Shown here one piece after another: positions 1 through 12,900 of a stretch of DNA of 64,000 bases; positions within the stretch are counted from its first letter, which is position 1; each line of letters opens with the position of its first letter. Source of the stretch: Diadema antillarum (Eukaryota). Both the position numbers and the translations under genes were made by a program. Location of the stretch: contig NW_027270909.1 in assembly GCF_040938485.1 (NCBI RefSeq), positions 3,224,001 through 3,288,000 on the forward strand. Reading direction: 5' to 3'. The notes under the pieces are model-generated. The model did not search any database, had not been told where the DNA came from, and was given only the letters and a program-made list of their open reading frames with translations.

Positions 1-869
1 TGGAGATTATTTCACACTGTGGTGTGGTTTTTCAAAGGGTACTCACTATTAATGTTTTGTTCCACACCGTCAATTAATGATTCGCACCTATGAATTGATG
101 ATTCACAATGTGTTCAAACTGTTGATATGCTTGAATTTATCAGTGCGAACACCTTTCAGGTGTCAAATATGTGTGTCAAGCGTAGCAATTCTCAAAAAGG
201 GTGGCGAAACCGGAAAGAGGGGGAGGGCCAGACTCTACCTTACATGTCCTTTTCTAGGGGGAGAGGGCTATGTCGACTTCTTCACATCTTAGTTGCTATT
301 CATCATTCACTATGCTTTTCTCCACAAAAAGTCAGATTCTCATATTTCCTTGTTTTCTTGATATATTAATAAGTTATCAATAAGATATCCGTCTTTGTAT
401 AAACCAAATTGGCCTTGCTTCCGTTTGTACGGCTTTGGTTTTCCTACTGCAAAACAGAAAATATTCCCGCTGATAAATTTTCCTGGACTCTTAATTTCCC
501 TTTTGCATCAGTATCTTTAACCGTGAGTTTGGGTTTCTCTCATAAATGTTGTTTCAGAAACATAACCCTGTCGAGTGACAGGTCATTTAGAGTTACAAAC
601 TGTTTAAATTATGTCAGGGATTCTCTCTATCTAAAAAATTTCACCAGAGATCTGCGTCATCAAATAATGACTTCAGAATTTGTATTCAGCATTCTTGCAA
701 TGAATATTTTTGTTTGATAGTACTTTGGTCAGTTCCAAGGCAAGGAGTAGATCATTAGAAAAATATCCAATTTGTTATTTTTTTTTAAGTGGAACAGTAA
801 GTGTATTTAAGAAGGCTATTTCTGGCTCTATAATTTCATGTACAAAATGTAATTATAGCGCCATCTCCA

Positions 870-1051
870 GGGAATTCCCTTGTCCATGGAGAGGTCTCAT
901 ATTTGAACAGGTTGTACAGACGATAGGCCTTTGTTTAAACAGCACAAATGATTGTCTAAGATAGCAGGAAAAAAGTGGGAAGTACTGTAAAGATACCTTC
1001 CGTGTTCATAAAGGTGACACAATCTCTATCCGGTAAGCTGATGGTATAAAA
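870..1051 (+). promoter_or_regulatory. IL-17 copy 1 promoter: palindromic NF-kB site (870-879), CATATTTGAAC motif, GGAAGT ETS-like site, TGACACAA, TATAAAA (1045)
   Basis: GGGAATTCCC and TATAAAA read directly. Order and spacing are conserved in all five paralogs. Confidence 0.75.
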
Positions 1052-1244
1052 CTGGTCAGTGTGGTGTTTTCTCCATCATCTTAATCCTGTATGCTAGAGC
1101 ATCCAGTGAACATCACCGAGCATTTCTTGCCTGGAAGATACCTCAACGTCAACTTGCTGCGTGGAGAGGACTCGTGTAAAACGGCTCAATTGGAAAAGCA
1201 CGTTACACTGCAAGAAACAAGAGGACTTCAACACCACGCTCAGA

Positions 1245-2309
1245 ATGAATGTGAGTCCTACCACCACTTTAGTTTGACATTCAAGAAGAGTCGTGCCATT
1301 ATGACTATCTTACCATCACACCTGACATTGACAGTTGGTATCGTTGCAATTACAATTCCGCATGGTATTTCAGTTGACTGCCTGCGCTCGTCTTTCATCT
1401 AGCAAACACTCGAAAATTTTGTCGCGGTGTACCCTATGTACTAGATTCAATTTATTTTGCATTTGTCAACTAATGCAGGTTAATGTATTTCTGCAAAAGT
1501 CGTGTGTAATTTGTCTATATCAAGAAACAAAAGGACAAGATTTATCGTAATTAAGTATTCCATTTAAATGATTACCTATTTGCATTGAAACTCCGTTACT
1601 AGTTGAAATGCGAATAGTATTGAAGCTGTTTTCCACTTATCATGTTTTCTGCATTGAAATTAGCAATTATTTTGACAAAATTTTATCCATATGGCCGTAT
1701 GGACGTAGCATTTACCTATTTCTTATCATTTTGCCTCATCAGACCCTACTTCTTTTTACGTCGATGGCAGCAGCAGCAGCTATCATCCAGACCGTCACAT
1801 CGTCACCAGTCCCAAGCACCTCTCAGGCATGTCTGCCAATAGACGCAGCTGATTCCCATCGACGAGAACTGAACTCTAATCTTTTCTATCCCAAAGCGGC
1901 AGCATTCGCCGTACAAAGTTTCAACCTGTCGACCAGTGATATGGGCTTGGCCCACACGTCGAGCTGTCCATTTGATGGCGTCTCCAGCCCGCAGAACTGC
2001 CCCGTAGGAGCGAAACCAAACGCTGGAAGTCCGGAGATCGTGAACCAGGACGGCTCGTGTCCATGGACCTACGTGGAATGCTTCGATGCCGACCGTATCC
2101 CGATGGTGATCACTATGGCTCAGTGCCAGTGTTCTGCATGTCTGGATCCTTACACACACCAAGTGGATCCAAACCTTCGATGTCAACCTGTGATGTACAA
2201 CATGAAAGTCCTTCAGAAGACCCAGTGTGTGGATGGCCACTTCCGGTACGAGCAGAGGACCCTTCAAGTCCCTGTGTCATGTGCCTGTATGCGCATGAGG
2301 CGAGCATAA
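1245..2309 (+). CDS. IL17: IL-17-like cytokine, copy 1 (coding exons 1245-1250 and 1743-2309; ~190 aa, secreted)
   Basis: IL-17 cystine-knot signature (CPWTY..D.DRIP..I..AQCQC..C...C.PV.Y.M.VL...C....Y......VPVSCAC). Hydrophobic leader TLLLFTSMAAAAII. ATG AAT|GTGAGT donor and CAG|ACC acceptor join in frame. The ORF-track start at 1608 lies in the intron. Confidence 0.92.
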
Positions 2310-2901
2310 GAGGCCAGCTGTTGGTGAAATATCCATGTCTTGAGTTCTTGCTCCAATGTATTCAGTATTGACTGTTCAAATATTTTTACTGTATTCTTGT
2401 AAGATGTGCTAAACTCCAGTCTTGCCTTACACCTTGTGCTCTACAAGAGCCATCTAGCTCTAACTAAAACTGAATTGTTGTTAAGATATTTCTTTCTAAA
2501 AATTATTTATTATTAACTTATGTAATTAGGCTTTTATGTAAATGAGCAAGAAGTTTGTTTGTATAAATGACGCTGATCGACTTTCTCCGTTCATTTTTGA
2601 CGATGATTACATAGCAAATCGATGAATATTTTTGATTTATACGTTATAACGGAAAGTGGAAATTCAGAAAATCTGAAATTAGCGACGATTACATTCGAAA
2701 AGGAAAAGGTAGAATTTAATTTGACTTAAAAACAATTACAGCTGCAGCGGTAGTTAGATAGATGATTCGAAGTTCATGATTAATTGTCTTTTTCATTAAA
2801 ACGAGAGGTAGAAATTATATTGTAGATTGTTGTTGTTTTTTCAAGATGATTTGTTATGTAAAATTGCAATGTATCTCTTGTGTTATAGTATTTTTTCTTA
2901 A

Positions 2902-3463
2902 ACAACAAGTTCACCTTTATATACATGTGGATTAAGTAAATGCAGCAATATCATTAGAACACATTAGTGAAAGTTTGGGGAAAATCGTACGATCCGTTCA
3001 AAAGTTATGCATTTTTAAATCATCTGTGCAGTCACTGCTGGATAAGAAAGAAGTCTACTACTGTGTATGATGTCACAAGCATACATCGATATAAGGAAGA
3101 TGTAAATGGAATTTCACAAAAACTTTGAGTTTTTTTGAATAAAGTGCACATTTCCTCAATCTGTCACTGATGTATGTTAAGGGTAATATTATTCCCCCTG
3201 CCTTTTGACAGAGGCAAGTCAAGCGTTCTTATATCATTCGAGAAAGTGAAAATATGTTGAATTGTCTTTATATTTTATTTACATCGTTATAATTATACAT
3301 GTGACATCACAAGCAGTAATCTTATCAAGCAGTGACTTAGCAAAAACTTCAAAAATTCAAAACTTTTGAACGGGTTGTCCAAATTGTCCTCAACCTCTCG
3401 CTGATGTGTTCTAATATTGCTGCATTCACTTTATCCACATGTCTAGGAAAGTGATCTTGTCCT
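2902..3463. mobile_element. T2/Kolobok-type MITE downstream of IL-17 copy 1
   Basis: ~105-bp TIRs with (A)GGACAAG termini and TTAA/TTCA flanks. An orthologous copy lies in unit 2. Confidence 0.7.
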
Positions 3464-3720
3464 TTCAACTTGTTAGGAGGATACTGTTAGACGCTTAAGA
3501 CCCACTTCTACTACTGTGTTAGCATAATGGATCAATCAGTTCTCTTTCTCTTTAAACACATAATGTTCAAATTTCAATCTAATCATCATTCTAGTTTTTG
3601 ACAGTTTCCAACCTGCATTTGTATGTGTCATTAGGACGTGATCTGTGTGTGTGTTTGTTACTTTTTGAGTTCTCTGTATATTGTAATTTGCGAAGCCTGT
3701 AACAGAAATGTAGGCTCTAT

Positions 3721-3790
3721 TACTCAATGTTTGAGTACGGGAAAACAAGTCAAGTGTGACGTCATGCATTACATGTATCCACTATGTGGC
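3721..3790 (+). promoter_or_regulatory. Conserved downstream palindrome module, copy 1 (includes a perfect CRE, TGACGTCA)
   Basis: ACTCAATGTTTGAGT, GTCAAGTGTGACGTCA and CCACTATGTGG. Homologous blocks follow all five IL-17 genes. Confidence 0.55.
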
Positions 3791-4002
3791 ATAATGTTGT
3801 TACCTTCTGGAAGAAAAGCTGTATTCCTATTAAAGTGTGCAGTTAAATATATTCCTATATTTATTTATACGTATCATAACCCACCTATTTATGTGTTAAT
3901 GTATGTATTAGCCTCTGTACAATAAACTGACTGTAATATTATGTATTTTACTGTTTTGTATATTGTAATGACTCAAAAAGTAGATGGAGTTTCGAAAAAG
4001 TA

Positions 4003-4041
<39 letters not shown>

Positions 4042-4133
4042 GTGTCACATTTTAAGTCAGATGTAAACTTCTGGAATATGAAACCGTGGAAAAAAAAATT
4101 AACCTATATAATGACTGTAAAGGGTGTTTAGAT

Positions 4134-6760
4134 TGGTAAATTATCATTTGGGCTATTACCACTTGGTCTCATAACCAGGTGGGCTAACACCATTCGGGCT
4201 AAACCCAATTCGGCTACAACCACTTCGTCTATTTACCATTTCGTCTAATTTCCACTTGGTCTAATATCCAGTTCGGCTAATACCACTTAGTCTAATTCTC
4301 AGTTAGTCTAACACCACTTGGTCTAATTTCCACTCCGGCTAATTGCCACTACGTCTAATTTCCACTTCGTCTAATTTCCACATGGTGTAATATTCACTTC
4401 GTCTACATGCCATTTAGTCTAATATTCATTTGGGCTACACCCATTTCGGCTATTACCACTTGGTCTACATATCACTTAGTCCAATTTCCATTTCGTCTAA
4501 TTGTCATTTGGTCTAATTACCACTTAGTCTAATTAACACTTGGGCAAATCTTCACTTGGTCTAATTTCCATTTCGTCTAATTCTCACTTAGTCTAATGCC
4601 ACTTGGTCTAAAATAAGAAACATGAACCATGGATTTAAAAAAGGAAGTGTTAACAACCGTTATATATCATACAACTCTATGATATACACACATGCGTGTG
4701 TTTTTATCTTTAATACAGCCATCTTGTGATACAGAAACCTAATACAAGACTGATCATTGCAGACTTGAGCGGGGGGAGGGTGCGGGAGCCCTCCCACACC
4801 AGGGATTTAAAAAAAAAATCTGTCTATAAAACTTGTATTTCAGAGCATCCAAATAATTGCGCTTTATAAATTGTTTTCGACGGAACCACAGGCGTAAATA
4901 TACAGTGCGTCCCAATAAAAAGGAAACCGGAATTGTCAGTTATATTGCTACCTCAAACAAGTGGGACCGTTTCAAGTCGACAATACGCGCAAAAACATGC
5001 ATCAAATTGCACCATGTTCATCATCAAAATGCAAAAAATTCTCACCGTGGGAGGGGGGACATCTCCCTCCAACCCCCACCTCTCGCTCCTCCGCTCGCTC
5101 GGGCTCGGTCGCGTTTATGACGTTCAGTGTAACATAATTAATACAAAACATTTATTCAGATGACACAATTTTATAGGCAAAATGTTCGCTAATAACCTAC
5201 ATCAAAATGTGCTGCTACCTTAAACATGGGGGATTGTTTGAAGTCGATAAAACACGCAAAAAATACATCAAATTGCACCATTTACAACATCAAAATGCAA
5301 AAAGTTCTCACCTTGGGAGGGGGAATCCCCCTCCCACACCTCCCCCCCCCCCCCATCGCTTGCTTCGCTCCTTCGCATATAACCGCTCCCCCTAAGATCA
5401 AATCCTTGCTACGCCGGTGATAGGCCCCACTGATTAGTAGGCCTTCACAGTAATGTCACACAGGCGGAGCAAGAGCTGAAATACCACGATTTAGTCATTC
5501 AATGATAAATTAAGTCATTCAATGATATATTAATATTTCATTTTCTTACTTATTTTTTTTCAGGAAAAAAATCCAAAATTTCACCAATAGTGTGCACCAG
5601 ATCGCTGAATTTCAGGTCTGGAAATGCAAAATCTTCCTCGTGTGGGGGGATACCCCTCTCCCAAAATCTACCCCCGCTCGGTTGCTCCGCTCCCTCGCAC
5701 AGACATTTCAAAAACAAAAAAAGGTCTTCATACTTTTAAGGTCTGATTTTCCACCGAAAGTCATCTGACAAGCAAAAAAAAAAAAAAAAAAAAAAAAAAC
5801 ATATTTCATATTTCATATTTTTGCTGCCACTTTCCTCCACTTTACATTTCATGCAAAAGAGTGGGACATTCGATCCCTGTAAAGTGTGAGTGTGTGTGTG
5901 GGGGGGGGGGGGCGGGCGGCACCAAGTTTTTCTCCCCCCCCCCCCCCAAGGCTCCGCCGGTTCAGTTATGCGCTTGTTATTGTGGTGATGGTGACTATCG
6001 CTGATCATCCCCCTCCCCTCACTCCTCAGTAAAGATTTGCTGCAGGGCTACTACTAAACATTAAAAAAAAAAAATGAATGAATAAAAGTAAGTAATTCAA
6101 GGCCAATTAATACACGCATTTAAATTGTGGGCTTTCACCCGGACCCTTTCACGAAAAAAGATGATTAACCATTCCACCTTCTTACGCAATATTGCCCTTA
6201 AAATTTAAATCTGTGTTTGAGCCAACTTAATTACCATATTAATCGACACCTAGACTCAGTAGCCTAGAGTCTGTGGTAGCCCAACTGGTCATTAGACCAA
6301 CTGGTCATTAGCCAAAGTGGGAATTAGACCAAATGATGATTAGACGAACTGGCAATTAGACCAAGTGGCTATTAGACTAAATGAAAATAGACTAAGTGTA
6401 AAATAGACCAAGTGAGAATTAGCCCAAGTGGATATTAGACCAACTGGTTATTAGACCAACTGGGAAATTACCAACTGGCAAGAGACCAAATGGTGTTAGA
6501 CCAACTGAACATTAGACGAACTGATATTAGACCAAGTGCAATTGGACCTAGTGGCAAAAAAATACATTAAACCAAGTGGCAATTAGACGAAATGGGAATT
6601 AGACAAAGTGACAATTAGCCCTGGTGGTCAGTGGACCAACTGGTTATTAGACCATGTGGCAAGCAGACCAAGTGAGAAGTGGACCAAATGGGCTTAGCCC
6701 GAATGGTGTTAGCCCAACTGGTGATTAGACCAAGTGGGAATAGACCAAGTGGCAATAAAC
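4134..6760. mobile_element. Foldback-like element with inverted terminal arrays of a ~15-bp repeat and an 8-bp TSD-like duplication (GTTTAGAT)
   Basis: CCACTTGGTCTAAT-type units at 4140-4612 and their reverse complement at 6279-6760. GTTTAGAT at 4126-4133 and 6761-6768. Empty site in unit 2 at ~18065-18075. Confidence 0.8.
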
Positions 6761-6955
6761 GTTTAGATATGGTTAGACGTTTAATTTCCGTTTCCTCATA
6801 GGGCGGGAAACTGTACTTCTCAAGATTGTGCGCACATGTTGTGCTTGCATGTACCTACTAAAAAGGGCACTAATCTATTGAGCTCAATAAAACGCATAAA
6901 GAATCATGTATCGTGTCTGAGCACATTATTGACTTCCAAAGAGCTTACAAATACT

Positions 6956-7203
6956 TAGAGTTTTTGTTCGCAAGAACCGATAAGTCCATATTTGCCAAAT
7001 GGAGATATTTGCGATTAAAGGTCAAGAAAAATAAAGAGAATTATAAAATGAATGTTTCTTTTGACCATAACTTCAAAAATGTACCTGTATATGTAGTGAC
7101 TAATACATCATATAAAATGTATTATTTTGTACTTTATGACATAGACCGTAATTCAAAATCTTAAAAAAAATGGACTTATCGGTTTTTGCGAACAAACTCC
7201 TCA
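6956..7203. mobile_element. MITE with TIR TGARGAGTTTGTTCGCAAAAACCGATAAGTCC
   Basis: Inverted termini. The same family occurs at 24003-24251 with its interior reversed. Confidence 0.75.
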
Positions 7204-7902
7204 TGTATATAAATCATATGCATACATGCATTTATCTATATTGTATCGAATACAGATTGACGTCTGTTCGCCGACTTGCTTAGTAACCCGGCGCTTAACC
7301 ACAAGTGACCGGTATCATTTTCTGTTTTCACATTTGTACGTGTGCGTAAGAGTTTGAGTGTGGCTACGTAGATCTGATGTGGATGTACTTGATCGTGTTG
7401 TTGCACGGGTGTGCATTAAGTTATATGAATGTATGTGTGAGTGTGTGTGTGTGCGTGTGTGTGGTTATATTATTTCAACGAATATGTGTAGGATTTAGGG
7501 TGTTGGCTCAGTGAGAAGAGAAGTGAGTCAACTGTTTTTCTTTTTCTTATCTCTCAGACCAAGCACATACAATTGTACATACATTATTCAACATAATTTT
7601 AATGTAATCAGTTAGGCATACTTGAAATAACACACACACACAGACACACACACAGACACACACACACACCCAACATGTAACGCAAGTAACACACATGTAA
7701 CGCAAGTAACACACACACATACACATAAAAAAAAATAACGTTACCTGCGTGTACACAGCCAGAGCCTGAAACAAACGCGCATCACAAAAAAAGGAAGATA
7801 ATTCCAACTCGTTAAGAAAAAATCGTGAAAGAAACATTAAAATGACGTAACGGAATACCTTGTTTCCGTTAAAAAAAAGAAAAAATTGAGCGGTATGAGC
7901 TG

Positions 7903-8046
7903 GGGGAATTTCATTAAGCGTTTTGGTCGGATATTTTTCTGACAAACTGTTACAAGCTACTGAAATCCTTACATCTGATTGGCTGAGAGCAAATTTGTCT
8001 GACAATTTTGTCGGACAAAATGTTTCATGAAATTCCCCCCCCCCCC
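7903..8046. mobile_element. PIF/Harbinger-like MITE (CTG 3-bp TSD)
   Basis: GGGGAATTTCAT TIRs with CTG at 7900-7902 and 8047-8049. Absent at the homologous unit-2 site (~25065). Confidence 0.65.
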
Positions 8047-8707
8047 CTGGATGATCATTATTAAAAAAAAAAAAACTATTCTTAAATATCTATCACTGGA
8101 CGATAGTTTCGAAAAGTTGGTCCTTCGTAGGGACGGAGTATCTTATTTTGGTTGTGGTTTCATTTCAAGACTTACAGTTATTATATAGAACTGTTTATCT
8201 CTGCCATTTACTCGAAAATGAGAATTCAGTAATTGAATAGGGCTACTTCCGAAGTGATAAATGCATTTGAAATATTAGCAATTTGTAACTCGGTGTTCCA
8301 AACACACAAGTATGAAATGATGTTGACTTTAATCTTCTCCCTTAAAGGATTTATCAGAAATGATCGTAATAGCTTGACGTCCAGTTTGTACTGTGATTTC
8401 TTCCGCCATGGTGTTTTCGTTCTAATGCAGGGGAACAATAATACAAAAAAAAAAATGCTACGTCTTAGAAATGAACTTTGCACCTTGTGCTTACATTTAA
8501 TCATTACTTCAATAGACTCCTAACTGAAGGCGCCACAGCTTGATTTCTGCCCAACTGCTACAACTTGAGAAAAGAAGTTTCATAACTTTTGCCCCTCACT
8601 AATCAAATATTCCTGTGCAAATTATGGACACTTGACAGTGATGTGCAACTAGATTGAGAGGACCTTGTCGACAAGCAGATGAAATATCGAAGAGAACGTG
8701 AGCCATG

Positions 8708-10460
8708 AACTTATGGAACAAACACAGTACTACCACACTGTGTTCACATAGTTAACGATGTGTAAAATGTGTGAATACATTGTGTTCACAGTGTTGCCAC
8801 AGTCTCAAATTGAAAACTACGTGGTTCACCACTTATAACTTACATAGATATACACAGTTACCACAGCTTACCACATAATGGTAACAGTGTGTCATATGCT
8901 GCAGTATGTGGGCATGGTGTGTTCATAGAGTTGTCATAGTATGAATTTTCAGACTACGTGGTTAAGCACATACTTATCATATGTGACATGCAGTTACCAC
9001 ATGATAGTCACAGTGTGTCACATATTGCATTCTATGGGAATAACGCCCCCACAGTGATGTCACAGTGTGAAACGATATACTATGTGGTTTATCTCCTATA
9101 TAGCCAGATAGTAGTATAGAGTTACTACAGCTACCACATGATAGTCACAGTGTGTTTCATATTTCATTCTGTAGGAAAGATGTGTTCACGTAAGAGCACA
9201 GTGTGTTTTTAAACTATGTGACTTACCACATGCTAAATCTGATAGAAATCACAGTTACCACAGCTTACCATATAATAACCACAGTGAGTCACATACTGTA
9301 TGTAAAATTTGTGTGCCAACAGAGTTGCCACAGTGTGGAATTCTAGTGTATGATGTTCTTCACCGAAAGTCACATAGTAATCACAGTTGCTACAGCGCTT
9401 GCAACACACACACACACACAACCGAATTGTGTGACACATTGCAGTATGTGGGAATATTATGTCCACCGAATTGACACAGTGCGAAATTCTAGATTATGTG
9501 GTTTGTCACCCAAAAGTCACACAGTGACTCATCATGAACTACAGTTTACCACAAACTAACCACTGAACGTGTCACATATGTTGCAGCATGATTATAACAA
9601 TGAATTTAAACAGTATTTAACCTATTAAGTGGGAGTGATGAGGTACAGTATGTGACACTTCGCGTGTGGTATTTCTGTGGTTCCTATAGTATCCTGTGGT
9701 GCTCCTGTGGTAACACTATGGCACAAAATGTCATAAAGCTCATAAATATTCATTAAATGCAATCAAAATGTTAGAAAATTCCTAATAAATACTTCTAATT
9801 TCAGGGTATTTATGATAAGTCTTTACTTTGAACTTTATCAAAGATTGTCTAATAATGTTATAATATTCCAAATGTTATAAATTTTGTTATGAAAGTGTAA
9901 CTTCATTTCTTGATAGTAAAGTATTGTCTATTTGAGAACCATGCCTTAATGCATTACGAATAGATGGCATATGATATATTGATACACCCGATGTCTAAGT
10001 AGGAATGGGATGACTGTTATAGATTTATTTAGGACTACAATGGTAATAGGCCGTATAAGTTGCTTGAGGTTACTATTACGAGAAGGACAGGTTATATAGG
10101 AGGGAACATGTTGTCCTGAAATTCATCACTCGCCTGTTGGGTAAATTATGATACATTTTATTATGGCTATTGATTGTCTTAGATTTTTTTTTGACTGTGT
10201 TTGCTAACACAGAGTGAAAGACTGTGGTAGATAACACAGTATGAGACACTGTGGAAGATAACACAGTATGGGATGCCTCACTATGACATACTATATGCCT
10301 CAGTATGAAATACTGAGATTTTCCACAGTGTGATAATAACACAGCATTACCCTACGTCCAATTTCGCAGGTAACCATAGTGTGAGATAACACACTGTGTT
10401 TCACACTGTGAATCACAGTGTGTTTTAATATGTGGCAACGCTATGACTATTCCAAAAGAG
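8708..10460. mobile_element. CMC/EnSpm-like non-autonomous element with dense CACAGTGTG subterminal repeats (degenerate copy)
   Basis: Orthologous to 25859-28828, with degenerate termini and an internal deletion. Confidence 0.6.
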
Positions 10461-11829
10461 ATAGATACAGTATGGATGATTAGACAGCAAACAGCTGACA
10501 AAAGGTCTTGAATACGATCTTTCACATGAAAAGCTTCATAATGAGTGACCTAAGGAAAAGCGATATGTTGGATGAATCATTGGAGAATGACAACACCTGA
10601 ATTGCTGAGGTTGAACGGAGACGCTGTATGTGTATTGTTTGATTGATACATTTTATGTATGGTGCATTGTACATTTACAATCTAGATGTCTTCTGGGTGT
10701 GAGACCTTGGCATTTTGTTGTCACACGGAGGTGCGATAGAACAAGGTCCGCCGGATTTTCGTATTTCCGCCAAGTTCACTAGACTGTCATTTTTTCCTCC
10801 CGTGGCATGATCAAAATAATGTAGACTGATCCAAAAAATTAATCAAGTTATTTTTGGAATTAATTATCCAAATAAGCTATTGTCATACTATTTTGTTCAG
10901 AAGTGATATCCTTCTTTCTCTTCGTTAATTGTCTTGTCTATAAACAACTATTTCCCCGTCGTGATCATCCACCTGTGGAATAAATTTGTAAAACCTTCGA
11001 CTCTTCACGTCAGTCAGGTCAATTTGCTTTGCTGATCAGCAGTGATTCTGACCATTAATTATCTAAACTGAGCCTACATGCTGTTGTGATATTATGGTGA
11101 TATCACTTTTAAAGATGTGAATACAAGGGAAGCCCCAAGTACAGCACCGTAAACTGGTAAAAATTGGGAAACCTGTTCATCGTTATAATCTAATATCGTC
11201 TCATCGAATAAATTAAAGCTAAGTTAATGGCGAAAAAAAGCAACGAATGCAAAATAACAAAGTGACTTTTATACGGCTTTGTATGTCTTCTAGATGATCG
11301 TTACCGATAAGTCCTCAACAGATAAGGAGTAGTAACGACATTAAAATAAGGAAAACTATTGGGCAGGCACGTGGGTTACTACCAAAATAGAAAGGTATAT
11401 ACTTACAACTTCGGACTTCGGACAAGTATATACGTCAGTGGTGTAACAATGACATCAAACACTTCTGAGAATTCCGCATAGTTTTGATTTCACAGAAGGG
11501 AACTTACATTTCCGTCTACTCAAAGAATACTAAACTACATTAACAAAGGAAGAACCAGCCGACCACAACATCCGTCATGTTATGATAGTGCGGAATGCAT
11601 GTGAAAGTACAGGTCATCAACACACACATATACATGCAAGCTAACTTGGTGCCAGGTAAAATATAACTGGTAAAATATCAAGAGTGAAAGTGTCAGGGGT
11701 AGAGGGCCAAAATACTAATAATATTATAAGAAATGCCAATTTTACAAAATATAATTTTTTTGGGTAATGTTTTACATTTATTGCAACATAATTAGATACG
11801 AGTGTTGTTGCATTGTATCAAACGGTTTT

Positions 11830-12070
11830 GAATCAGTAATTGTTTAAGACGAACGCATCAGAGATAGAGACACTATGCCGTGCCAAATATTTCTGTCAGT
11901 CATCAGAGTTTGGAAGTCGGATATTTCATGCTCAATATCTCGTGCAATGCAATCAGTATAGTTCAGAAGTCTCCCTAGTCTGCATGGGCAGGATAACCTC
12001 AAAGAAATTACATCGGACATTTATTCCTTTACACGGAAACAGGGACAATTGTGTTCTACGACTATATTCA
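11830..12070 (-). mobile_element. RTE-like LINE 3' fossil (homolog at ~29920-30165)
   Basis: Minus-strand translation ...CFRVKE*MSDVISLRLSCPCRLGRLLNYTDCIARDIEHEISDFQTLMTDRNIWHGIV resembles RTE ORF C-termini. Confidence 0.5.
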
Positions 12071-12499
12071 GTATGAGTAATCATTATCTAATTCGGCACT
12101 ATCTCCGAACAAAGATGTAAAAAGTAACAAAACACCCTAAAAAAAAATCTTCGATCCTTTATAAAGACATTCAAATTGTGCGATATTTTATTTTGCGCGT
12201 GGTTATCTATTACATTGTCGGGATGAACTTTTTTTTTTCTATTTGATAAGGAAATTTCATGGTATGTATGATCATAAGTACATTTGTTATGAAGCTCAAA
12301 CGTAGTTTGAATGAAGAAAGGTAAATGGAGCGATTATTTTACGCATCAGAATGATATCTGTACTGGGCTAAGTAATTTGTTGTCAACAGAAGATATCATA
12401 GATTACGATAAAGAATAGTCAATAAACAGGTTTTTTGAATATTTTTAATTAAAATAAAATCTGCGATACCAAAATGTGTATATTTTGTTGTACCAACTA

Positions 12500-12900
12500 T
12501 AACTGCCAGACGAAAGCAAAAGCCCATGACTGATAGTTTGTCAGGGAGCATTTTAATTGAATTCCACTTGACAGAATTGTATTGTGAAAAGATCATAAAA
12601 TTTGAATGTAGATTGGAAGTATTTTGAAAAGAGTTACACAGACAAATCAAAACTCAGTAAAGGAATCTTTTTACGTAATGATACTTTCTCGGTTAAACAA
12701 AAACCGTTTGTCTGGAAATTTAGTGACAGAGATTTATGTAATATTTGTGATTGCAGGAAAGACTTCCAACATGTTCTCTTGTACTGTAAGATGAATAGAT
12801 ATATATTATGTCTTTTCCTGAAAAAAAAACCCAAGAGGTAAATGAAAGATTGAATCAGAGACTCTCTCTTGAATGAAAGCTGATTCATTTGGTAAATTTT
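12500..12900 (+). mobile_element. L1/Tx1-like LINE 3' fossil, zf-RVT-like (homolog at ~30600-31030)
   Basis: VDWK...VKQKPFVWK..D.DLCNIC.C..D.QHVLLYC zinc-knuckle pattern. Confidence 0.5.

Noticed and set aside
1608-1742. 45-aa N-terminal extension of the 233-aa copy 1 ORF
   Set aside because: Intron sequence upstream of the CAG acceptor. It is not conserved as an open frame in the other copies.
1803-2371. Overlapping alternative-frame and antisense ORFs on each IL-17 exon (e.g. 1803-2267 minus, 2057-2371 plus, and equivalents in the other copies)
   Set aside because: Shadows of the GC-richer conserved exon. Their ends vary between paralogs and they have no domain similarity.
2500-2520. AU-rich element in the IL-17 copy 1 3' UTR
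   Set aside because: A single TTATTTAT in AT-rich DNA that is not clearly conserved in the other copies.
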